DNA of 64,000 nt from Flavobacteriales bacterium (GTDB lineage Bacteria > Bacteroidota > Bacteroidia > Flavobacteriales_F > PHOS-HE28). The stretch is taken from positions 17,448-81,447 of the forward strand of contig JBDTSG010000094.1 in the NCBI GenBank assembly GCA_039931265.1, written 5' to 3'. Shown here piece after piece: positions 18,665 to 29,003 of this stretch. The notes beneath the pieces were generated by a model. The model saw nothing but the letters and a program-made list of their open reading frames with translations. It was not told the DNA's origin and made no database searches. Numbering within the stretch: position 1 is the first letter of the stretch; each line of letters opens with the position of its first letter. Both the position numbers and the translations under genes were made by a program.

Positions 18665-20170
18665 CTATTTCCAAAGTGAGGTGGTGGAGAGCTTCCCTGT
18701 TGTGTTGTCCACGATCACCAGGATCGGCTCGCTCACCTTGTCCGGCACCATGGGCCGAGGGCCGACAAAGGCCATGGACTTCGCGCCCGGAAGGATCTGC
18801 GAAAGCAGGAAGCGATCGATACCGGTATCCACTTTCCAAATGATCTTCCCATCGGTATCCACACGCGCTACCACAAGCGTTCCGCTCAGGCCGGGCTTGG
18901 ATGTGAACTTCACCAGAAAGCCATCGGGGTCAGCCAGGCGGATCGGTTCCGACGTGTCATCCATCCGGAGGAATGCGCCATTGAGGAAGGTGTCCACACC
19001 AAGTGCGGTCATGCTGATGATCCGGTGGTGTCCATCGCTCGTATCGGGATCGAGCACACCGCGATGGAAGCGGCGCTGCTCCTTGGCATCATCGGCTTGC
19101 ACGACGCGCTTCAACCAGGACTTCGGTTTGAAATGACGTGCCGCTTCATCCGGCGAATGAAGGCCGAGCCATGCACCGTTCGAAGTGAAAACACCAGCGG
19201 CAAGGAAATACTCCGGCTTGGGTCCGAGCGGCCATTGGTTGTTGCGAACGACCTCCACGGGAACGGCTTTCAACGTCCCCGGTTCGAACTCCATGGCGCT
19301 CTGCTGATCGCGCGCGGTGGAACGCAGTCGCCCTCGTATCTCCATTCCCCGTCCGTCTTCCCACCAGACCGGATCGAGGGTTGGATTCACGCTACGGAAG
19401 TCGTCGGCCCCAACAACGTCGAAGGTCTTCAGGTCCACTCCGCCAATGCCGACCACATCGAACCAAAGGGTCTTCCCATCGCTGCCAAGGATCTTCGCGA
19501 GGCTGAAGGAATTCCCTTCCAACTCACCGGTGACTGGGGTCAAGCGCGGATCGGAGCCATCCAGTGGGACAAGGAACACGCTGACGCGATAACGGTCCTT
19601 CGACGCATCGCGATGCAAGCTGGGTGTGTAGGGCACCAACGACTCGATGAGTGTAGCGATGTGCGTGTCCGTTCGCACGGCAAGCCCGATCGGCGTGCCC
19701 GGACCCGGGTCGATCACCAGCACCTTGCTCTTGAACCACATGAACCCAGCAGCGATCAAACCTACTACCAGCACAGCAAACCCAAGTTTCCCACGGAGCT
19801 TGGCATACCGGCCCATCCACTCAGCGGCCTCTGCGCGTTTCAGTGCAGGGGTTGTGGCCCCACGGATGTGGATGTATCCGGCAGCATCGTCCAGTTGTGC
19901 AATGCTCCCCGGCGCCTTCTGGCGAACAACCTCATGGGCAACGAAGCGCAGGATGTCCGCGCGGCGATCAACGGCCCAAGGATGCTGCTGGCGCCAAGTG
20001 TCGGCGGTGCCCACCGTAACGATCGCGATCACATCATCGCCGCCGAACTCCCAGTAAAAGGTGATGCTGCCGGCGGGATCATTGTAGATAACCGAACCGG
20101 AGCGACCCTGCTCCTCGATCCGCACGCTCCGGGAAATCGCTCCTCCGTCGTTCGCCATCCTGCTCGTCAT
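18665..20170 (-). CDS. Single-TM protein: small cytoplasmic N-domain plus extracytoplasmic beta-propeller (PA2928-like)
   Basis: TM LGFAVLVVGLIAAGFMWF; later FLNGAFL and VARVDTDGKIIWKVDTG...IVDNTTGKL. Its stop abuts the next start (18665/18664). Confidence 0.75.
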   Translation of the reverse strand: MTSRMANDGGAISRSVRIEEQGRSGSVIYNDPAGSITFYWEFGGDDVIAIVTVGTADTWRQQHPWAVDRRADILRFVAHEVVRQKAPGSIAQLDDAAGYIHIRGATTPALKRAEAAEWMGRYAKLRGKLGFAVLVVGLIAAGFMWFKSKVLVIDPGPGTPIGLAVRTDTHIATLIESLVPYTPSLHRDASKDRYRVSVFLVPLDGSDPRLTPVTGELEGNSFSLAKILGSDGKTLWFDVVGIGGVDLKTFDVVGADDFRSVNPTLDPVWWEDGRGMEIRGRLRSTARDQQSAMEFEPGTLKAVPVEVVRNNQWPLGPKPEYFLAAGVFTSNGAWLGLHSPDEAARHFKPKSWLKRVVQADDAKEQRRFHRGVLDPDTSDGHHRIISMTALGVDTFLNGAFLRMDDTSEPIRLADPDGFLVKFTSKPGLSGTLVVARVDTDGKIIWKVDTGIDRFLLSQILPGAKSMAFVGPRPMVPDKVSEPILVIVDNTTGKLSTTSLWK

Positions 20171-20246
20171 TGTGCACCTCTCCGTTGCGCTGTGAAAGTC
20201 ACTTCAAGAATAGCGAAGACCGAAGATCCGCTTCCTTGGTACCGTC

Positions 20247-21134
20247 TTGGACAAGACTTCCTCCCCCATCCGTTGGACCAGTTATGGCAAGGCGTTCCTG
20301 GCCACCGTGCTGTGGGGTTGTTCGTTCATCGCCATACGGTTCGCGCTGGCCACGGCAACACCCTACGGTGCGGTGTGGATGCGCAACCTCCTTGCGGTGG
20401 CGCTGCTGATCATCATACTGAAAGCGCGCAAGCAGGAATTGCTTCCCGAACGAGCGGACCGCGGTCGGGTGGTGCTCTTGGGCTTGGTGCTTGGTGTTCA
20501 CCTGATCACGCAAGCCTATGCCGTGCAGCGTACCGCAACCATGCGCGCCGGTTGGATCATCGCCTTCATTCCGGCCGTGGTGGCAGTGGGCGCATGGTTC
20601 TTCCAGCGCCAGCGGTTGCGCGCGATCGGCTGGGTCGGGATCCTGGTGGCCTCCGGTGGTGTGCTCGTACTCACTTCCACACGACCTGCACAATTCGCCG
20701 AAGCGGGCTTGGGGGATCTGCTCATGTTCGCCACCACCTTCAGTTGGGCCGCGTACACTTTGCTCACCGTGGGCCCCGCGCGACGCAGTGGCGGCTTGCG
20801 TGTTGCGGCAGGTGCCTTGCTCTTCTCCCTTGTGCCCGCGCTGATCATGGCCGCCATCGAGGGTACGTGGACCGCGCCGCCGGATACCCCATCGATCATT
20901 GCGTTGGTCTTTCTCGGCGCTGGTTCGAGCGCCATTGCCATGTGGACCTATTCCGACGCCGTGGCTGAGCTCGGTCCGGAACGCAGCGCTGCTTTCCAGT
21001 ACGTACAACCGCTCGTGACTTTGGTGGCAGCCTTCACCTTGCTTGCAGAACCCATTACCCACGAACAGCTTATCGGCGGGCCGATCGTGCTGGCCGGCGT
21101 GTGGCTGGTGCAGCGTGGAAAGAAGGGGTTGTAA
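20247..21134 (+). CDS. EamA/DMT family transporter
   Basis: LWGCSFIAIR, two EamA repeats, FQYVQPLV, IGGPIVLAGV. Confidence 0.92.
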   Translation: MDKTSSPIRWTSYGKAFLATVLWGCSFIAIRFALATATPYGAVWMRNLLAVALLIIILKARKQELLPERADRGRVVLLGLVLGVHLITQAYAVQRTATMRAGWIIAFIPAVVAVGAWFFQRQRLRAIGWVGILVASGGVLVLTSTRPAQFAEAGLGDLLMFATTFSWAAYTLLTVGPARRSGGLRVAAGALLFSLVPALIMAAIEGTWTAPPDTPSIIALVFLGAGSSAIAMWTYSDAVAELGPERSAAFQYVQPLVTLVAAFTLLAEPITHEQLIGGPIVLAGVWLVQRGKKGL

Positions 21135-21150
21135 GTAGAACCGTGCCCGA

Positions 21151-23478
21151 CTAAAGCACGATCAACCTTCCCTGCTGCACCACATCCGCAGCTCGCCGCA
21201 GCACGAAGGTGTAAGCGCCGGGCTGCCAGACCCGCAGATCGAAGCGCTGCGTGCCCGAGGCAAGCGACCGGCGTTCCAGTTCTCGACCGGTCACATCCAC
21301 CACCGCGAAGCTGAACGGGCCGGTACCTGTCAATGTCCCGTTGAAATGGAACAACCCTTCGCCGGGGTTCGGGAAACAGCTCAACATCCCTTCTGCCGCA
21401 ACGGAAGTGATGCCGACGTTGGTGCAAACGCCCGGGATGTTCGCATCCAGCCAATCCAAGCGGCGGGCGATCCAACCTTTCAGCGTGTCCAGCTCGGCGG
21501 TGTAAGTGGTGGCGCACGCGTTCACTTCGGGCGCAGGGCCGCTCATGCCCAGGATGGGCCATTTCTGGAAGTGCCGTGCTTGTGCGTTCTGCACGCGCTC
21601 GCCAACGCTATCGATGAAGGCGAAGATGTTCGCGGTGTCGAGCACGGTGGTGCGGTAATCGTCATAGGCACAGCGCAGTTCGTTGTTGAAGGTGCTGTCC
21701 TGCAACAGACGCACGTACCAACCAGTGGAGTAGTTATCGGTGAAGCAATCATTGATGAGGTGCGCCCAGCCTGAGCCATCGGTGTTGTCGAAGAGATCGC
21801 AAGTCGCGAGGTCCTTCCAAGCCCAGTCGAAATCCCAGACCGGTCCGGCCTTCAGCTTGCCGCCATTGCTGTACTGGTCCTTGTGGAAGAACACGCTCTT
21901 CTTGAAACCGTCGTTGTTGCGGGAGACTTCATTCACCAAGAAGTAGTCGATGAACGACTTCACATCCATGTATTTACGGTAACCCAAGCTGGTATCGGCG
22001 AAGGCCGGGGAGTAAAGTGCAGTTTCCAAACTGTCCACGTAGCTGGCGATGTAAGTGCGCTGCGGCTGGGTGAGGGTGTCGGGTTGGGGGTAGTAGTAAA
22101 CGAAGTGCACATCGAAGCCGGGGTGATCGATGGGCGAGTAGTTGCTCTGGAAACTGTTGTTGGCGTCCCAGTAGTTCTGCGTCAGGATGTAGCCTCCAGT
22201 CACCTCATCGCCACTGTTCTCCGATCCGGTGAGCGTGGCAATGTCAACGCGCCCATTGTCGCGCTTGATCTTCTCGCCGAAGAGATAGATCCCCTTGTAC
22301 ACACTATCGATGAGCACCTCGCATAGGTGCGTGCGCGGCGCATACTGGCCCATGCCCGAAGAGAGAGAGAACGCAAGTTGATTGCGCAGCAACGATCGGT
22401 CGTTGTAGTTGCTCAGCATCACCCAGTCGTGCTCCTGCGGCATGCCGAGGATACTGACGTTGTTGTTCGTACCCAAAGCGGTGCGCGTTTCCAAGCCATA
22501 AGGCCGTTGCGGGTATCCGGCTGAAGAAGCGCCGCGGATCTCGATCCCGATGTTGCCGTTGTAGACGTTCGGCGGATCGGTGACATAGGTGAGGTTGCCG
22601 GGACCGTTGTACTTGACCTCCATCAAGCAATCGATCTTGGGTTCGTCCACGATGGTCTGGCCCAAGGTGTTGATCAGCACAATGGGCAGCTCCGAGCTTT
22701 CCAGATGCACGGATCCCGGGTCGGTGACACAGAGTTCGAACTGCCCTTCGCCCCCACCGTACCCGAAGGCCTGTATGTAGAGTGTTTCGCCAATGGGGAG
22801 GTCGTTGGCCATGACGAACGAAAAATAGTCGGTGCCACTGTCGTCATCGCAACCGCGCCAAGTGAGGTCGACGCAACTGGTACCGGTCCAGAGGGCGATG
22901 CCGGTGTCGTTCAATCCGCCGGTATCGTACGTGCCTACGATCACGTTCCCCGAGGGCGGCACCGGCATGGCATACCAGAGGTCGCCACCTTGGTATTCCG
23001 CACAGCCGCCATTGATACCCGTGCCGAGAACGCCCGTGTTGTCGGCGATCACGCAATCAAGTGTATCGATAGGGAAAGCGGCGCATGGCACGGTACCGGG
23101 GGCAGCAATGGCGTTGCAATCACCGACACCGGTGAAAACGATACCCGTACCGGGGTCTGGTCCGTCGGCGAAAACGACATTGCCCAATGGATCGAAGAGG
23201 ATGTACGTGTTCTCGTTCTCCCAATCCATGGCGGTATAGTCCAGCACCAGCACATCACCATTGCAAATGGTGAAGGTGGCATTGCTCCCTGCGCCCGTTG
23301 CCGCGAAGGTGCCGATCGGACTTCCGTTGATGGAGATCTCCAACGTCCCCCCGTTCCAGCCGTCGCCATAGCTGTCGTCCATGGTCAGGATATAGTCGCA
23401 GCATTGCGCACTGGCCTGCGCGGCGAAGAGGCTGACCCCGAGCATCGCCGATTGCACCCTCCTCTTGATCATCCCCAT
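21151..23478 (-). CDS. CotH kinase family protein with T9SS CTD
   Basis: IEIRGASS, DWVMLSNYNDRSLLRN, EKIKRD, NNDG, GPVWDFDWAW; N-terminal DSYGDGWNG domain; CTD FPNP...DVTGR. Confidence 0.9.
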   Translation of the reverse strand: MGMIKRRVQSAMLGVSLFAAQASAQCCDYILTMDDSYGDGWNGGTLEISINGSPIGTFAATGAGSNATFTICNGDVLVLDYTAMDWENENTYILFDPLGNVVFADGPDPGTGIVFTGVGDCNAIAAPGTVPCAAFPIDTLDCVIADNTGVLGTGINGGCAEYQGGDLWYAMPVPPSGNVIVGTYDTGGLNDTGIALWTGTSCVDLTWRGCDDDSGTDYFSFVMANDLPIGETLYIQAFGYGGGEGQFELCVTDPGSVHLESSELPIVLINTLGQTIVDEPKIDCLMEVKYNGPGNLTYVTDPPNVYNGNIGIEIRGASSAGYPQRPYGLETRTALGTNNNVSILGMPQEHDWVMLSNYNDRSLLRNQLAFSLSSGMGQYAPRTHLCEVLIDSVYKGIYLFGEKIKRDNGRVDIATLTGSENSGDEVTGGYILTQNYWDANNSFQSNYSPIDHPGFDVHFVYYYPQPDTLTQPQRTYIASYVDSLETALYSPAFADTSLGYRKYMDVKSFIDYFLVNEVSRNNDGFKKSVFFHKDQYSNGGKLKAGPVWDFDWAWKDLATCDLFDNTDGSGWAHLINDCFTDNYSTGWYVRLLQDSTFNNELRCAYDDYRTTVLDTANIFAFIDSVGERVQNAQARHFQKWPILGMSGPAPEVNACATTYTAELDTLKGWIARRLDWLDANIPGVCTNVGITSVAAEGMLSCFPNPGEGLFHFNGTLTGTGPFSFAVVDVTGRELERRSLASGTQRFDLRVWQPGAYTFVLRRAADVVQQGRLIVL

Positions 23479-23537
23479 GTGTGTTGCTGTGTGCGGCGGA
23501 ACGCGGCGCGATCCGGCCGACAACCACTGTCCGCAGG

Positions 23538-23545
23538 CAAACTTA
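23538..23545 (-). promoter_or_regulatory. Bacteroidota -7 box
   Basis: TAAGTTTG upstream of the CotH gene. Confidence 0.5.
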
Positions 23546-23574
23546 GCCGAACGGTAACAAGGCAACGGGCGCGA

Positions 23575-23907
23575 CTACTCCTTCGCGAACCGCACCATCC
23601 GCAGCTGCCCGTTCAGCGCTTCGACATGAAGGACTTAAAGCCCGGTGGGGATCCGATCCAAGGGAATACTGCTCCCGGCAACGCGGTCCTCCTGCACGAT
23701 GGCACCGGCTCCGTTCAGAATGCGACAGTGCTGTACTCGTGCGCCACCCCAAGCCACTTCGATCATGTCGATGGCGGGTGAAGGATGGACGATCTTGATA
23801 CAATCCCCCCCGACCAAGCGATCAGCAGCGGTCGCTCCCACGGAAAGCCCTGCGCAATGATCATCGATGATGCGCACATCAAGGATCCCGACAGCAATGC
23901 TCTCCAC
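23575..23907 (-). pseudogene. Orphan T9SS CTD remnant with an in-frame premature stop
   Basis: HPSPAIDMIEV...ILNGAGAIV...IPLDRIPTGL*VLHVEALNGQLRMVRFAKE*. TAA at 23635-23637 sits where the conserved GxY tyrosine belongs. Confidence 0.75.
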
Positions 23908-23944
23908 ATGGTGATGGATCTTCCGACCAATGACCGCCGAACGA

Positions 23945-26518
23945 TCACCTCACCACGATCCGTTGCACCAGCGTTGCACCGGCGTTCGCAATGCGCATAA
24001 CATACACCCCTGCTTCACTGCTCAGGTGGATGTTGGTGACAGTACCGGAGATGGATCCGCTCTGCACCAGTTTGCCAGCAACATCGAGCACCTCATACAA
24101 AGCACCGGGTACAACGCTACCACCCAAGACCAAGATGATCGGTCCGTTGGTCGGGTTGGGATGCAGCGAGAACGCGAAGGGTACGTTGCCCGCTATACCC
24201 GTACTGAGCCAGAGGAAGACATCGGAAGTGCTCGTGCAGCCGTTCGCGTCGGTTACCGTTACCGTGTAGTCGCCGTTGGCCAGCGCGATATGGAAGACAT
24301 CGGTGGCTCCCTGGATCAATACACCATCCAAATACCATTGGAAGGAACCACTGCCTGTGGCGAGCAACGAATCGGTGGAAGAAGAGATGACCGGAACCAC
24401 TGGCAGTGGGTTCTCCGTGACATCCGCAGTAGCCACTGCTTCCGAGGAACAACCGTTCGCGCCTGTAACCAGCACGCTATACATACCCGTGGCATCGGCT
24501 GTGAATTCGGTGGAATCAGCACCGGTAACATCGCTGCCGTTCCACGACCATTGGTACGTAGCACCAGGGACGGTATCGATGGAAAGAACGACCGATCCAC
24601 TGTCGCAGAAGGAAAGCGGTCCATCCGCGTTGATCGTTGGTGCATCGGGCAGGCTGTTCACCACCACCATGATCGAGATGGACGGATCCGAAGAACAGTT
24701 GTTCGTATTCGTGGCAACCACCGTGTAGATCCCCGCTGCGTCCACCACGAGCGAAGGGCTGTCGGCCCCAACGATCGGCGACTGATCAATATACCACTGG
24801 TAGGTCGCGCCGGGCACGAAGCTCGCATCCAGGACCACTGAGCCGCCATCGCAGAAGATGGTATCACCCGCTGCGGACACCAAGGGAGCGTCAACACTCT
24901 CCACAGTGAGCGTAGCAGCATCCGTCGTGAAGCTGCAACCCGTGTTGGCATTCGTTGCAACGAAGGTGTATGACCCTGCCAGCGATGCATCGATGGTCGT
25001 TCCTGTTTCGCCGGGCACGGGTGCATTGTTCAAATACCACTGGAACGTAAGGGGGCTTTGTCCGGAAAGGTCAACCCCGGTGAACTGCGCGGTAGCACCT
25101 GCGCAAATCGTGTATGCCAGCGTATCGAGCTCCTGCATCGGCGGCAAATTCACTTCCACGGCAATGGTGTTCGATGTTGCGCTTCCGCAGGCGTTGTCCA
25201 CGACCACCGTGTAGTCACCCGCCTCAGCCACAGGCAGGCTTGCACCGGTTGCCCCACCGATGTCGGTGCCGTCCAACTGCCATTGATAGGAAGGTCCACC
25301 GACGGCGGTGAGCATCAGCGTATCGCCCGTACAGATCGTCGTGGGTCCACCGGCACTGATCGCAGCCGTGGTGGCACCACCGATGGTGATATCGAAGCCA
25401 TTATCGGTCCCGATGAAATCCGGACTTGTCGAGATGACACGGATACGGTAGCCGTTGCCGAGCGGGGTATTGCCGGGTATGGTCGCGGTGATCGAGCCGG
25501 AGGTCGTCGAAATGGTATCACCGATGTCAACCGGGTTCGTGAAATCGCCGCTCGCATCCGAAAGCTGCGCCGTGAAGTGGTTGGCTTGGATCAGGAAGCC
25601 GCCCGCGTTGTAGGCACCGGTGGCCTCATAGGGAACACTCACCGTTGCGCCGGGACAAATGGTGGCGGCCAACGGCTGCACCACTTCAATGCTGCGGGGT
25701 ACATCGTAGTAATAGATCGCGTTCACCACCTGGAAACCGAAGATCTCCGTGGTATTGATCTGCAACACTGGCACGCGCAGTCCCTGCGCCAGCCATTTGT
25801 ATTCGTGCACGATGGGGCGGTTAATGGCGAACCCGGTACCCAGCGAATCCAAGCCGATGGTATCGCTGATCGTCAGGGTGGTATTCACACGGAGCACATC
25901 GAACGAACCGGCGGGTGTCGTGATCGCCCCCCAACCGTCCACATCGTTCGCGCGGATCTGGCGGTAGCCGTAGTAGCCCAAGCCGGGGAGGTCGATGTTC
26001 CATGAAGAATAGGACGATGTTGCAGCGCCGAATTGCACGGGCAACTCATAGATCACATCGTGATCCTCGAAAATGATCGGCACAGGGATGCCGCTCAGCT
26101 CCACACCGAAGCCGACTGCCTTATAAGTTGATGGGCTGCGGTAGTAGAACGTGTAAGGATTCTCGATCGGGAGCAGTTGGTTGAAGGGGATGTCGGCACC
26201 GCGCTTCGCAACGTTGGCCCTGTTCGGGTTAAAGAATAGATCGGCGTAGGTGATCGCATAGATGAAGTTGGTGGAAGCCACTGTGAGATACTCTGCCGTA
26301 TCGCCCGTGTTCACGGTAAGGTTCGAGAAATCCCAAACATGCGCCGCACCCGTGGTGGCGTAATCGATGAAGGGATTGGTGAAAGCCCTGGTGCGGACGA
26401 GTTCATCGTTCGCGTGGGGCATTTCGTTCTGGCCGACAGTGATCTGGCCCGAGGCAAAGAAGGGGGCACAGATGAGTGCAAGGGCGGCATAAATTTCAGC
26501 GGTAGTGGTACGGAGCAT
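23945..26518 (-). CDS. Ig-like repeat secreted protein with T9SS CTD
   Basis: Signal peptide; repeated 'C.G..V.L....G.TYQW..DG....GA' Ig units; HPNPTNG...AGVYV. Confidence 0.9.
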   Translation of the reverse strand: MLRTTTAEIYAALALICAPFFASGQITVGQNEMPHANDELVRTRAFTNPFIDYATTGAAHVWDFSNLTVNTGDTAEYLTVASTNFIYAITYADLFFNPNRANVAKRGADIPFNQLLPIENPYTFYYRSPSTYKAVGFGVELSGIPVPIIFEDHDVIYELPVQFGAATSSYSSWNIDLPGLGYYGYRQIRANDVDGWGAITTPAGSFDVLRVNTTLTISDTIGLDSLGTGFAINRPIVHEYKWLAQGLRVPVLQINTTEIFGFQVVNAIYYYDVPRSIEVVQPLAATICPGATVSVPYEATGAYNAGGFLIQANHFTAQLSDASGDFTNPVDIGDTISTTSGSITATIPGNTPLGNGYRIRVISTSPDFIGTDNGFDITIGGATTAAISAGGPTTICTGDTLMLTAVGGPSYQWQLDGTDIGGATGASLPVAEAGDYTVVVDNACGSATSNTIAVEVNLPPMQELDTLAYTICAGATAQFTGVDLSGQSPLTFQWYLNNAPVPGETGTTIDASLAGSYTFVATNANTGCSFTTDAATLTVESVDAPLVSAAGDTIFCDGGSVVLDASFVPGATYQWYIDQSPIVGADSPSLVVDAAGIYTVVATNTNNCSSDPSISIMVVVNSLPDAPTINADGPLSFCDSGSVVLSIDTVPGATYQWSWNGSDVTGADSTEFTADATGMYSVLVTGANGCSSEAVATADVTENPLPVVPVISSSTDSLLATGSGSFQWYLDGVLIQGATDVFHIALANGDYTVTVTDANGCTSTSDVFLWLSTGIAGNVPFAFSLHPNPTNGPIILVLGGSVVPGALYEVLDVAGKLVQSGSISGTVTNIHLSSEAGVYVMRIANAGATLVQRIVVR

Positions 26519-26672
26519 GAGGGGTAGCTTTGAGCCGAAGGTAATCCGCTACCGTGGCCTTGGGCAAGGGATGATGCGATCGGCCCTTTGCCGCGGATGT
26601 CCGAACGGCACGAACTTGCGTGCGCGGAAGGCAACAATATCCGCAGGTTCGTCGACGCCGTCATTACCCTGC

Positions 26673-27296
26673 ATGAGCATAGAACCAGCATACGATCAGT
26701 GGTCCGCGCAATATGACACGGACAAAAACCGCACACGCGATATGGAGGGGCGCGTGCTGCGTGCGGAGTTGAAAGGCCTTTCATTCGCACGCGTCTTGGA
26801 GATCGGGTGCGGCACGGGCAAGAACACCGAATGGCTGGCCACCCGTGCCGAGCACGTTACGGCCGTGGACTTCAGCGAAGGGATGCTCGCCAAGGCCAGC
26901 GCTAAAGTGCGGTCCTCACATGTGCACTTCGTTAAGGGGGATGTCCTCCAACCGTGGACCTTCAGCAACGGCTCTTATGATCTGGTCACCTTCAGTTTGA
27001 TCCTGGAGCACATAGAGCATTTGGGACCCGTGCTGAGGGAAGCCAGTGCGAGCCTTTTGTCCGGCGGTCATCTGTACATCGGCGAGTTGCACCCTTTCAA
27101 GCAATACAGCGGAACGAAAGCCCGGTTCGGTGCGGAGCACGGGACGCAAGTGGTGACCTGTTTCGACCACCACGTATCGGAGTTCATCCATGCGGCATCG
27201 GACAACGGACTTCGCCTGCTCCAGCTTGGCGAGCACTTCGACGATGAAGATCGCAGCAAGGCTCCCCGTGTGCTTGCGCTGGTCTTTCAGAAATGA
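26673..27296 (+). CDS. Class I SAM-dependent methyltransferase
   Basis: VLEIGCGTG, VDFSEGML, YDLV, LEHIE, ELHP. Confidence 0.92.
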   Translation: MSIEPAYDQWSAQYDTDKNRTRDMEGRVLRAELKGLSFARVLEIGCGTGKNTEWLATRAEHVTAVDFSEGMLAKASAKVRSSHVHFVKGDVLQPWTFSNGSYDLVTFSLILEHIEHLGPVLREASASLLSGGHLYIGELHPFKQYSGTKARFGAEHGTQVVTCFDHHVSEFIHAASDNGLRLLQLGEHFDDEDRSKAPRVLALVFQK

Positions 27297-27848
27297 ACTC
27301 CCCTGATCGTGCTGCCAATCCCCAAGTCGTGAGCGACCTTCCGACCGAACAGGCCTGAACGGGAGCACTTCTGTGATCGGCAGTGCTGCTTGGTCAACGA
27401 CTTCGTTCCACTCACTGGAACGCACCTGAAGTCCTTTGCCGCGTGGTGCGCCAACGATGGAGACCGTAGGCGCAGGTGCCGGGATGGCCGCAGGCCGAAC
27501 GGCTGTACTCCTCAACAGTTCCAATCGATCGAGCATCTCTTCTTCTTGCTTGATCCTGTTGTCCGAGCAATTGCCATACGGTATGCCGCAACCGCTCGAT
27601 CGGCCTGTTCACCTTGACAGGGCATCATGTTCCACGATGCGCGAAAAAGCGCAAAGCTGAAGCGTCCGATCTCATCGGCACATGTGGAAATGTTGACGCA
27701 CGGAGCGCGGGCGGAAGCTGTGCAGGGCGTTCTACACCATGTAGAATACGATACCCCCAATGGCGAGGGCCACGCCCCTGCTTTCCCATTGCACTGCTGC
27801 CCACGAATAGCGGACCCAGAATGGCATGGTGGTGCGAAACCCGTCCCA

Positions 27849-29003
27849 ATGCCTACCCCTGAAACACCAACGGTCAAGCGTCGCGTCATCCAGCCTCAAT
27901 ACCAGAAACTCAGCGTCATCCTTCTCGGCCTGGCCGCCCTGTTCTATGCGCTCTCGATCACGGCCTCCATTGTTGTCCCCTTGCTCTTCGCGTTGCTGCT
28001 CGCCATGCTGCTCAACCCGGTGGTGAACGCGCTCAACCGCATCCGTATCCCCCGGCTGATCTCCATTTCGCTCGCATTATTGCTTTCCATGATGGCGCTG
28101 GCCGGCCTCGGCTACTTCATCGGTAGCCAAGCCGTTCATTTCAGCGAAACCCTTCCGCAGTTGGAAGAAAAGCTGAACGGTTTGGTGGTGGAGGCGGAGC
28201 GCTGGGCGCAGGATGCCTTCGACATGAAGCGTGCAGAAGTGAACGACGCCGTGGACAAGGTGAAAGACGAGAGCATGGCAAAAGGAGGATCCTTGGTGGG
28301 GCAGACCCTTACCACGGTGGGCACCTTGTTCGCATTCTTCTTTCTGCTCCCGGTGTTCACATTCCTGCTCTTGCTCTACAAGCAATTGCTGATCACGTTC
28401 ATCGCGAAGCTCTTTCCGCGGAAAGACCACGAAATACTCGGTGATGTGCTCAACCAGACCAAGGTGGTGGTGCAGGGCTACTTGGTGGGCCTGCTCATGG
28501 AAGCGGGCATCGTAACCGTCCTCAATTGGGTGGGATTGATGGCCATTGGTGTCCCATACGCTCTTTTGCTCGCTGTGCTTGGGGCGGTGTTGAACCTCAT
28601 CCCGTACATCGGGATGATCATCGCCACCATCCTCCCCATGCTGATCGCATTGGCGACGCTTGACCCTACGGCTGCCCTTTGGGTATTCGCGCTGTACTTG
28701 GTGGTGCAGTTCGTCGACAACAATTTCATCGTCCCGAAAGTCGTGGCCTCGCGCGTTGAGCTGAACGCTCTGGTTTCGATCATCGTGGTAATGGCGGGCG
28801 GGGCGTTGTGGGGCATTCCGGGAATGTTCTTGGCCATACCGATCACGGCAATGCTCAAAGTCATCTTCGATCGGGTGCCAGCCCTCGAGCCCTTCGGTTA
28901 CGTACTGGGTGATGGCGGCGATGAGGACCACCGAGCCATCTTCCGGCTGAAGGGCAAAGCCAAGGGATCCCCGGCCAAAGGCGGAAAGGAAAGAGATGCT
29001 TAG
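27849..29003 (+). CDS. AI-2E family transporter (PerM-like)
   Basis: Multi-TM; NLIPYIG, QFVDNNFIVPKVV, GGALWGIPGMFLAIP. Confidence 0.92.
   Translation: MPTPETPTVKRRVIQPQYQKLSVILLGLAALFYALSITASIVVPLLFALLLAMLLNPVVNALNRIRIPRLISISLALLLSMMALAGLGYFIGSQAVHFSETLPQLEEKLNGLVVEAERWAQDAFDMKRAEVNDAVDKVKDESMAKGGSLVGQTLTTVGTLFAFFFLLPVFTFLLLLYKQLLITFIAKLFPRKDHEILGDVLNQTKVVVQGYLVGLLMEAGIVTVLNWVGLMAIGVPYALLLAVLGAVLNLIPYIGMIIATILPMLIALATLDPTAALWVFALYLVVQFVDNNFIVPKVVASRVELNALVSIIVVMAGGALWGIPGMFLAIPITAMLKVIFDRVPALEPFGYVLGDGGDEDHRAIFRLKGKAKGSPAKGGKERDA

Noticed and set aside
19025-20968. 647-aa plus-strand ORF
   Set aside because: Antisense and off-frame shadow of the 18665..20170 gene and the EamA gene; no motifs.
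27297-27620. Possible frameshifted small gene on the minus strand
   Set aside because: No recognisable family and no consistent start; cannot be supported.
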